From the human T2T-CHM13v2.0 reference genome, Homo sapiens, in the NCBI RefSeq assembly GCF_009914755.1, contig NC_060940.1: 64,000 nt of DNA. One strand, 5' to 3'. A program made the translations under genes and the position numbers. Under the pieces are notes generated by a model, which did no database searches, was not told the origin of the DNA, and saw only the letters and a program-made list of their open reading frames with translations. Below are positions 54,380-64,000 of this stretch, piece by piece; the first letter of the stretch is position 1, and each line of letters opens with the position of its first letter.

Positions 54380-56284
54380 AGGCAGATCTCCTTTTCCCTG
54401 TTTAAGAGTTTCACTCTATTAGATAAATTTAGCTGCTAAAGGATTGAACAAATATGCCAAAACTCATGAGAATTCTCTGGTTAAAAAAAGTAAGATCTTC
54501 AGGAATGTTTTTGCAATTAACTATGCTCCATGTATAACAAACCTAAATATGAGAATTGGCAACTGGACCTACAGATACTGTAAAGAAGGGGGTGCTGAGC
54601 ACTTCACATTTTTTTTTTGGCACCAAGTTAAAAGGATCAGAATGTGGTTTCAATTTTGGATGTGCTAATTATGTTTGTCAATTGTGAGCTTTGCTTAATT
54701 AATTAGTCATGCAAATTTAACTTGAGTATTTTTTTGCACATCTAAATCATTACTATAGCAATTAAAAAGCTGCTTTGATTAGCTCCTTTCACAGTATGTA
54801 GCACAGCATACTCTTGTCAACTTCCTTTTGACAATCTGGCATTTGGGTACTGTTTGGAGAAAATATATTCTATATGTTTGGGGAAAAATAAAAACCAAGG
54901 CAGGTAACAAGAGAAGTGGCCCAGCAAAAGATAAGTCAACAACTATTGCCACTATAAAATCAGTGAATACAGACTGGAAATTGTAATAACACATGTTCAG
55001 GAGGAATACCCAGGGGTGGAGTGAGAGAGTGCTGAATAAACTAGGGACATGTTTCTTTTGCAAAATTAAGGTGGGGAGACGGTAACAGTCAGAGATAAGT
55101 CTTTGACTCACAATCAATGTCAAAACCATAGGAACCAAGCTTGTCTTTGACTGGGAGACCTAGCCTGACTCTCATAATCATGAATAAAAGCTATGGGCAG
55201 GGGCCTTCTGCCAAATGAATCTCTCCCCATGGCCATTTCATACACTAATAAGCCCAACTGTCAGGGCCATTGTATGATATTAGGTTGAGTTTCCTCTTAA
55301 TTCATACATAGGCGTTACCTTCCCTATGAACCACCCGTAGATGCTGTATCACTCTCCTTTCTGCAGAGTGAGAACTTGACACATAGTGGGATTTAATATA
55401 TTTCCCCCATGCCACACTGAAAATTAGAAGCAGATTCAAGAACAAATACAGGATTTTAATTTCCCATTCAGAACTATCTGTCAACCAAATCTTCCCATGC
55501 TTGCCCCTCACCATTGGCCCTGCAGGCAGGATGATAGCAAGCAACAGCTAATAGGTTATTACATACCCATGATGTTTATAAAACACAGAACCAACAGCAA
55601 TTATTTAAAGAATATAATGCCATTTCTCATTTTAAAGTCATCCCTAAGGCTAATAACTTTACATATCTGGTTTGTCTCAAAGGGTCACCAACATCTCTAA
55701 TAGAATCCAACTGTGGAATAGAAAAACTATTTTGTCTAAGAAGTGGATCCTAGCTGTCAAATAAAAAATCGCTGTTGAATGCTGTAAAGTACATTTTTAC
55801 ACCCATGTACAATTTAGAGCTTAGGAACTCATGGAAAAAAATAGAGTTAACACGGATAAAGGGATTTTAAAAGGCGAGAGAGGGAAGAGTTTCTTAAGGA
55901 GTCTCCAATGACAAAAATGTGTTCATTTTCTGAGACCTCCAGAATGAATTACTAAGGTATCCTCAAACAAAAGTGGTTTTGCTATTCAGAAATTCATATG
56001 TTCTAAATAGAGAAAATTAAAAATTAAAAAGACATGATTTAGATTTTGCAGTTTCTTTGATATCCAAAATCCTACAGTACTCTAAAAAAATTGAAATTAA
56101 TTTTCAAACTTTTATCAATAAATTTGTCCCCCCAAAATATCCCAAATATGTGTATATGTGGATACATGTACACGTATATATGCTGAATATATTAAATTCT
56201 CATATATTTAGGGTTTCTCAATAAGACTGATGCTGGATATGAGTCCTGAGATCCGTCCCACATCTTCAGGGATCTCCTTTAGCA

Positions 56285-56287
<3 letters not shown>

Positions 56288-56334
<47 letters not shown>
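56288..56334. repeat. (AC)23 microsatellite
   Basis: Perfect run. Confidence 0.97.
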
Positions 56335-56336
<2 letters not shown>

Positions 56337-56339
56337 TTT

Positions 56340-58160
56340 CTGTCCTTCTGGATCCCTCTCCTGTGCATATTGATAAACTCATGCCTCCCACTTCAGCATT
56401 TTCTCAAGCAATCATGCTCTCCCTCCTTCTGCCTTCACAGCCATTCTCCTAAAGGAGATATCTATTCTCACCATCTCCACTTCCTCGCCACTTACTCACT
56501 TCTCAGCCCACTGCAATCTGGCTTCCACTGAAACTGATCCTGCTGAAGTCACCCAAGCTTCTCCATTTGCCGAATCAAGTGAAGACTTCCTGGTCTATCT
56601 TACAAAGTCTCCCTGAATCAGACACTACTGATCTCTGCCTTCTTGAAACTCTGCCATCGAGATAACGCTCTTCTCTGCTCTCTCTCACTGTCTCTCACTG
56701 TCACCCCCGCTCCCTCTTCTCAGTTTCCATCACTGCCTCTTCCTCTTCCAATATCTCCCTAATTGTTGAATGCCCCAGAGGTTCTTCCTTATCCCCCTCT
56801 CTTCCTCCTAGATTCCTTATGGCAGATGCATTCATCTAAGCCATAAGCCTGGGACTTATCCTAACACAATGTCATCTTCATCTCCATATTCACCTCAAGT
56901 CCTATTGATTTTGTACTTTCATTTTCTGCCCAGCCTCTCTGCTCTTGAGCCTACTGTCCACACTGCAAACAGAGAGAGATTAAGAAGCAAATCTGGTCAT
57001 ATCACTCTCCTGCTTACCACCTTCTAGAGGTTCTCCCTCACCTATTATTGTTGATTTATAAGTTTTTAAAAAAGAAATCTTTAGGCCCGGCACGGTAGCT
57101 CACACCTTTAAATCACAGCACTTTGGGAGGTCAAGGCAGGAGGATTGCTGGAGCCCAGGAATGGGAGACCAGCCTGGGCAACACAGTGAGACCTCATTTC
57201 TACAAAAAAAAATTTAAAAATTAGCCCGGCATGGTGGCGCATGCCTGTAGTCCCAGCTACTTCAGAGGCTGAGGCAGGAGGATTGCCTGAGTCTAGGAGG
57301 TCGAAGCTTCCGTGAGCCGTGATTGTGCCACTGCACTCCAGTCTGGGTGGCAGAGCAAGCCCCTGTCTTAAAAAAAAAAAAGGAATATTTTTTCTGCACT
57401 GGGAGGTAAGCTCTGTGCAGGCTATGCCAGCAAAATGCTTGGCACCAAGTATGTGCTCAATAGACCACTGTTGAGTAAAATGAAATCTTACAATGAAGTC
57501 CAACTTGAAGCATGCACACAGTAAAGCTGAGAAGTTCCTATTGAGACAAGGGTAGGAGCAGAATCCTCCCTGCTTGCCCTGAACATACCCCACCAGTACC
57601 CCCAGGTACCTCTGTGAACCCCCTACTGATTTACAGCATATCTGGAAAACCAGAAACCTATGTGATAAATTGTAAGCTTCCTAGCATGGGATACAGACCT
57701 TTGACAAACTAATTTCACCTACCCTCCAACATCATTTCTGACTGATCTCCGTCTTCACCCTTCACTCCAGCCTTGACAGGCTGAATTACTGCCATGCCTG
57801 GACATGCAGAGCTTTGCACATGTAGTTATTTTCTGCCTAGAATACTCTAACCCTCCTTGACAGCCTAGAAAACTCCAACTTACTCCTCAAGAGCAGCTCA
57901 AAGGTGAAGACTTTCTGATTCCACAAGCAAAATGTATTGCTCCCTTAGTGCCATAAATATACCTCATACATATCTTTATTATAAGTCTTATCACACTTTA
58001 TATCAATTTTTGTTTACAGGTTTACTGCCTCTACTGGGCTATGAAGGCACAAACTCTTTCTTATTTATCTCTGAAACCCAGGGATTAGCTAAGTGCCTGT
58101 TACCCAGGAGATACTCAATATGTGTTTGTGTAATAAATGCAATTCTACTGGACTGAATCA
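56340..58160 (+). mobile_element. L2 fragments (RT region to 3' end), Alu-interrupted
   Basis: CCCACTGCAATCTGGCTTCCACTGAAACTG (RT QSGF region); AAATCTGGTCATATCACTCTCCTGCTT; 3' tail GATACTCAATATGTGTTTGTG. Confidence 0.7.
57084..57381 (+). mobile_element. AluJ
   Basis: Full dimer with poly(A). Confidence 0.93.
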
Positions 58161-58313
58161 TTTTTTATCTCATACCCTTTTGATAATGTCATTTTGCATG
58201 TCACAGTGTCCCATGTTAAAAACTGGCCAGTTAATCTTCTACTATCTATGTTTTAGCAGAAATGAATAGGGATGAAGACTTGTGGATTCAAATACATATT
58301 TAGAGATAATGCC

Positions 58314-58768
58314 TTTTTTTATTTTACTTTAAGTTCTGGGATACACGTGCTGAACGTACAGGTTTGTTACATAGGTATACCTGGGCCATGGTGGTTTGCT
58401 GCACCTATCAACCCATCATCTAGGTTTTAAACTCCACATGCATTAGGTATTTGTCCTAATGCTCTCCCTCCCCTTCCCCCACCCCTGACAAGCCCCAGTG
58501 TGTAATGTTCCCTTCACTGTGTCCATGTGTTCTCATTGTTCAATTCTTACTTATGAGTGAGAACAATGCTGTTTGGTTTTCTGTTTCTGTGTTAGTTTGC
58601 TGAGGATGATGGTTTCCAGCTTCATCCATGTCCCTGCAAAGGACATGAATTCATTCTTTTGTATGGCTGCATAGTATTCCATGGTGTATATGTGCCACAT
58701 TTTCTTTATCCAGTCTATCATTGATGGGCATTTGGGTTGGTTCCAAGTCTTTGCTATTGTAAATAGTT
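58314..58768 (-). mobile_element. L1PA8-like 3' end
   Basis: TTTACTTTAAGTTCTGGGATACACGTGC...CATCTAGGTTTTAAACTCCACATGCATTAGGTATTTGTCCTAATGCT. Confidence 0.9.
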
Positions 58769-59695
58769 CTTGTGAGTCTTTTTAATTGAAATTGAGATGT
58801 CTGAGATCTAATGAGTTATTACAACTGTTCTTCTCCTGAGCACTGCTGAAATAATGTCTTGCATCTTAGGTTTTATATAATAAGATAAATAAGATAGGAA
58901 AAATATGTGGGTCATATTTGTTCAATATGAAAGAGATCAAAGAGTACAAGATGTGATCCCTTAACAGATTCAGAAGGGGGCCATCTCTTTAATGATATAA
59001 AATTGAAAATGAGAAATATCAGATGCAGAAAAGAAAATTTTAGTTAAAGAAAATTTGATAGCAAAATTTAACTCAAGCTATGTAAATGAGACTTCCCAGG
59101 GAATGAAAAAAATATCTTCTCATTCTCTCCAGCTGGTCTCCAGAGTCGATGTTTCTACATTAGTTGCATCAGTTTCCTCATGATTCTGAAACATTTGGGT
59201 GCTAAATGCAAACCAGAAAATAAAACTCGGTGTGTTGGTCTCCTGGTAGATGATTTTTGTTTTCCACTTCCAGGGCAGTTTTGCAATTATGTAGTGGAGA
59301 ATCATATTCACCTTTGATATATATGTCTTAATCAGATTATGGTAACAAGTAATTTACTTACCATCTTATTAACCAAAAATATCTGGTATTACTCAAGACT
59401 TCTTTCTGTATGTACCAACGTAATATTCCTGATGTTCACAAAGATGGTATTGCAGGATCCTGAAGTACCCTTTAAATCATGGAAGAGAAATGAAATCCCC
59501 TGAGTTTCAAATCCAAGTGTACCTTATTGTATGTATTCTAATTCCCTGAAAAACTGGGATTCATGTAGAGCATATATGGTTGTTTGTGTGTGTGTATGTA
59601 CCTGTGTGTGTACGTGTGTAGAATATTTGTTTGTAACACACCCAGTCCACCACCCATAACCCATAATAAAAAACTTACACAAAATCAGTGGTCCT

Positions 59696-60004
59696 AGCTG
59701 GTCACAGTGTCTCACACCTATAATCCCAGATACTCAGTAGGCTGAGGAAGGAGGATCACTTGAGGCTGGGAGTTTGAGACCAGCTTGGACAGCATAGTGA
59801 GACCCTACCTCTAAAAAATTTTAAAAATTAGCTGGGCATGGTGGTGTGCCCCTATTGTCCCAGCTACTTGGAAAGCTGACATAGGAGGATTGCTTCAGCC
59901 CAAGAGTTCAAGGGTGCAGTGAGCTATGATTGCACCACTGCACTCCAGCCTGGGAAACAAAGCAAGACCTAATCTCTAAAGAAAATTTTTTTAAATAAAT
60001 ACAT
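59696..60004 (+). mobile_element. AluJ
   Basis: TSD AAATCAGTGGTCCT (59682-59695) / AAATCAGTGTTCCT (60005-60018). Confidence 0.92.
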
Positions 60005-60008
60005 AAAT

Positions 60009-60345
60009 CAGTGTTCCTCCAAGTATGTTCTAAAGACCCTTGAAGAACCTGGAGAATTTTTCAGGAGTTACACAAGGCCAAAAGTATATTTATAATAATG
60101 CTAAGACATAATTTGTCTTTTTCATTCTCATTCTCTTGCAGATTTGTTTTCCAAAGGCTATATGACATGTGATATTGGAACAGGTTGAATCCAAAAGCAC
60201 ATATGAGAATCCAACAGTATTCTACTAAACTAGACATTAAAGAGATTAGCAAAAATGTAAAACAACGCCACTCTTCTCATTAACAGTTTGTTTTGGGAAA
60301 TATAGTTATATTTCATTAAAATGTGTGATGTATGCTGAAATGCAG
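60009..60345. mobile_element. Charlie1 (hAT) terminal fragment
   Basis: ATATGAGAATCCAACAG...AGACATTAAAGAGATTAGCAAAAATGTAAAACAACGCCACTCTTCTCA. Confidence 0.82.
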
Positions 60346-60349
60346 TAGG

Positions 60350-61920
60350 AGAATTTGAGATTTATTGTGCTTCCCGAATCTAACGATTCATGTCTTCTAC
60401 CTGTTCTGGAAAATTCTCACCAATTATCTCTTTAAATATTTCTCATATCCCCTCATTCTCTTTCATCCATGTAGAATATCATCAGTACAACATATATGTG
60501 TCCTTCAAATGTTCACATATTCAATGTTTTTTATATTTTTCCATTCTTGCAACTCTGTGCTGCACTTTAGGTACTTCCCTCAGATTTTTCCAGTTTGCTA
60601 ATTCTTTTTACAACTGAATCTAATTTGGTTATTTAAGTATTCCATTGTATTCTAAAATTTGATTATCACTTTTTTATTTTTTAGAAGTTCTACTTTATTT
60701 TATAAAACCTGTCAGGCCTTGTTTATGTGTGTGTTCTTAGTTACATCTTATTCCTGATACTGTTTCCTTAAACCTTTTAAAAATATAAAACTCATTTTAT
60801 ACTCTCTATCTGATTGCTCGTTATCTGAAGTTCCTGGAAGTCTAATAAAGCTGTTTTTACTGCTTGCATTCATGCATGGGAATCTTTCTTTTGGTATGAA
60901 ATTTTGGATTGTGAATTTATGTTCAATCAAACCTTTTATCCATGGGAATTGTCTTAGTCTGTTTTCTACTGCTTATCACAGAATAACGAACCTAGATAAT
61001 TTATAAAGAATAGGATTTATTTATTACAATAATGGAGGCTGGGAAGTTTTAGGTCAGGGGGCCACATCTGCTGAGGGCCTTCTTGCTGGTGGGGACTCTG
61101 AAGCGTCCAAAGGTGGTGCAGGGCATCACATGGTAAGAGGACTGAGTATGCTAGCTCAGGTCTCTTTTCTCCTTATAAAGCCACCAGTCCCTCTCCTGTG
61201 ATAACCCATTAATCCATTAATCCATGAATGGATTCGTCCATTAATGAGGGCAGATCCCTTATGACCCAATCACCTCTTAAAGACCCCACCTCTCAATATG
61301 GCCACAATGGGGATTAAATTTCAACAGGAGTTTTGGAGGGAAAAATATTCAAACCATAGCAGAATCTTAGGTAGCCTAGGTTGAAGACATGAGTCTTTGG
61401 AGAGGATTTGCATTTGCCTCTGTTAGGCACCCAAGGTGTCCCAAGGTAGTATGTATTAGAACTCCTATCCCACTTGAGGGCAGGCCTGTGGTTATAAATT
61501 CTCAGTACATACTTTTCGTTTTTACTCTGTATGCCTAAGCCAAGCCAGACAATTTGCCTTATTATCTCCTTTCGCTCGTTATTTTTTTCTATCCATCTTT
61601 TAGTGCTTGAGGGTTCCAGATTCTTGTGAGGGTCTTGGCTCCTCTCTACACCTTGCTGGGTCCAAGGTCTTATCTTCATGTGGCTGTTAAACACCAAGCA
61701 TCTTGGTTACCTGCAACTATAAATGCCCCAGGGCATCAGTGGCTTCAATGTCTGCTTCCTCCCTTGGTTTTCAGCTTCTTCATTTTTTGATCCCTGGGGA
61801 TTTGCCTTACTTTTTTGCAAGCCTAGTTCTATACATGAGATATTTGTTACATATTTTTTAATATTTTAGGTGTCTTTCTAGGGGGATTTTCAGGTTATCT
61901 TGTTTGCCCATATTGCCCAG
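60350..61920 (-). mobile_element. Old L1M/HAL1-like 5'/ORF1 fragment, split by MSTD
   Basis: TTCTGGAAAATTCTCACCAATTATCTCTTTAAATATT; GGATTTGCATTTGCCTCTG. Confidence 0.6.
60950..61361 (-). mobile_element. MSTD-like solo LTR (MaLR)
   Basis: TGTCTTAGTCTGTTTTCT...GATAACCCATTAATCCATTAATCCATGAATGG...AAACCATAGCA; GAAT on both flanks. Confidence 0.88.
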
Positions 61921-61929
61921 GAATATAAA

Positions 61930-62460
61930 CTGATACAACATTTCTGAAAGATGAAATGCATACACCATGCAACCAAGCAATTCTACACAAAGAAATTTAT
62001 CCTTTGCATGGAAATTTGGCAATATCTATCAAAATTTAAAATGTACATAACTTTTAATCCAGCAAGTCTACTTTCTAGAAATTTATCCTACATATATACT
62101 CACACTTAAACAAAATGCCATATGAATAATGTTATTTGTTGCAGCAGGCTTTGTGAAAGAATGGAAATTGTAAACAAGCCAAATGTCCATCATTAGAAGA
62201 CTAGCTGAGTAAATTAAACTACTTCCCACAATATTCTGCAATTGTTAAAAAGAATGAAAAAGTTCCATATGACCTGATATGGAAAGATGTTCATGGTGTA
62301 AGTTGCATGACTTCTTTATGTAAAAAATATAAAATATGATAAGATGTGCTTGTATAGTCATTAAAAGCTGAAAAAATACACAATGGTTAAGGTAGTTTCC
62401 TACAAGGATCAGGATTGAGCCATTGTTATATGAAACACTGCATATAAATGAGAAATTTGC
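61930..62460 (+). mobile_element. L1ME 3' fragments
   Basis: GAAATTTGGCAATATCTATCAAAATTTAAAATGTACATAACTTTTAATCCAGCAA. Confidence 0.65.
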
Positions 62461-64000
62461 TAACTTGAAATTACTTTTACCCATTTATTAATGGGTAAAA
62501 AGTACTTTACTGCTATATTAGTAGTAGTAGTGTTACTAAAGGCATTTAAAAATAAAGTCCTTCTCCCCAAACTGTTCTGCAACTCTTATCATCTACTACC
62601 TGCCTGTCATTCCTTACTTGTCATTTAACCTACCCGTCCTCTGCCGACTTTACTAGGACATTCATTACCTAACGCTCTAAATATAATTTTATAGACTGAA
62701 ATAGATAGATTTCATACTTCCATCTGCCCTGAGAAGGAATGGTTTACAGTGTACATAAAGGAGTTATATTATAAATGCCACACCAACCACTACAGAGGGA
62801 AAGGAAGGGCTCGCTGAGAATTAACTGAAAAGCCAGGCCTATTGCTTTGGCTATGTCACAGTTTGATCAGCAGGAGAGACTGATTTCAACATCTGAGCCT
62901 AGCTGTAGCTTCTGGCTGGAACTCTTGAATTTTCAATGAGCTGCTTAATTTCCAAGGACTAGAAGCTGAGTTAGGCATTTATACAGCTGGGAACATCTTC
63001 TGGCATGAGGTTGAAGGTTTTCTTTTGAACATCTTCATTCCTTCATATGATGAATTCCTGGAGATGAGAGTGCACAGCTTGAGTTATTTAATTTCCCATT
63101 AGATTTAGATGTGCAAATATGACAAAGCCCATGTAATTTCACCTAGCCTTTCACATACTAAATTGCAACTCTCTTTACTTCATTCTCTTTGAAATAGGCT
63201 TCATATTAGTGCTGTGATGAAAGCCAGCCCAGATATTATTCTACATTTTGGATTATAATTTTCACCATATTATAATGTTAGGGCATAAGTTATTTCCGAT
63301 ATCTTTGTAGTAATTGGTTGCTTTGTAGATATGGACTTTTTTTGTGTTTGTTTGAAAAAATGAAGGAAAAGATCAGAAGAAGAGAGAAATTTTCCTTTTA
63401 GAAAAATAATTATTTCCTTTTTGAGTTTGTATTCCCATCAAAGTCCGTAATAGTTGACATTGAGCTCTTTGGGAAATGTAGATACACATAAATAGAAATA
63501 GCAAAGATGGCAGTTTCTGAAATAATGTAATCTAGAGGCACCAGAAGGGAATATTTCTTGACTGTTGGTACCCCAAAGTATCTTTCATAACAGCCCTCTT
63601 CAATGCCATGAGTCTCCTCATTCTTTGTATTTCTCAATCCTCTAATAAAACGCAAACATTTTAGAAAAGGCGATCTTTAGAGGCCATGTTCAGTCACTAA
63701 ATTCTATATCCATCATATCACTTGCCAGCGTGAGAAGCTAAGAAGAACTTAAACACAAGATAGGTAACAAGAAGATAGTAGACAGGTATGACAGGGAGGT
63801 CTGTTGGGGAGGCGAAGGAGGAAGGACATTTAGCAATAATGGACTGATACCTATGCATTGAAAAGGTGTTTCACTGGAAAAACAGTGAAAATAGAGGTAC
63901 AAAATAATAGTATCCATCTATTTAATTTCCTAAATATGGCCAAAGGTATAGTGCAACTGGAAATCACATTGGGAATAAAAACAAATGTGTTTAGTAAAGA

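Overview
Simian-primate (most likely human) non-coding DNA, intergenic or deep-intronic. I find no intact protein-coding gene, tRNA, rRNA or CRISPR array, and no support for a new enzymatic or defence system. The recognisable ORFs in the track are transposon remnants (Alu antisense frames, HERV-L RT, L1 endonuclease, L2 RT, MaLR internal); the rest look like chance ORFs. The window is a dense mosaic of 17 AluJ/AluS copies or fragments (no clear AluY), old L1M and L1PA pieces, many L2 and MIR copies, an MLT1A MaLR provirus running off the left edge, solo MLT1A and MSTD LTRs, a doubly deleted HERV-L/MLT2B, DNA-transposon MITEs (MER58B, MER53, MER91A/B, MER33, Charlie1, two MADE1) and microsatellites. 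By eye the left ~27 kb is GC-richer and the right part more AT-rich. The most unusual structures seen directly are: (1) a ~78-bp templated copy of the upstream L1/MLT2 junction embedded inside an AluSp; (2) a three-monomer AluJ inside one TSD pair with a chimeric middle arm; (3) an Alu inserted into the loop of a MADE1 hairpin, plus a second, intact miR-548-like MADE1; (4) several TE-poor islands with enhancer-like motif clusters and candidate splice sites. Repeat family names come from recalled consensus sequences, not from a search. Boundaries of the old elements are approximate.
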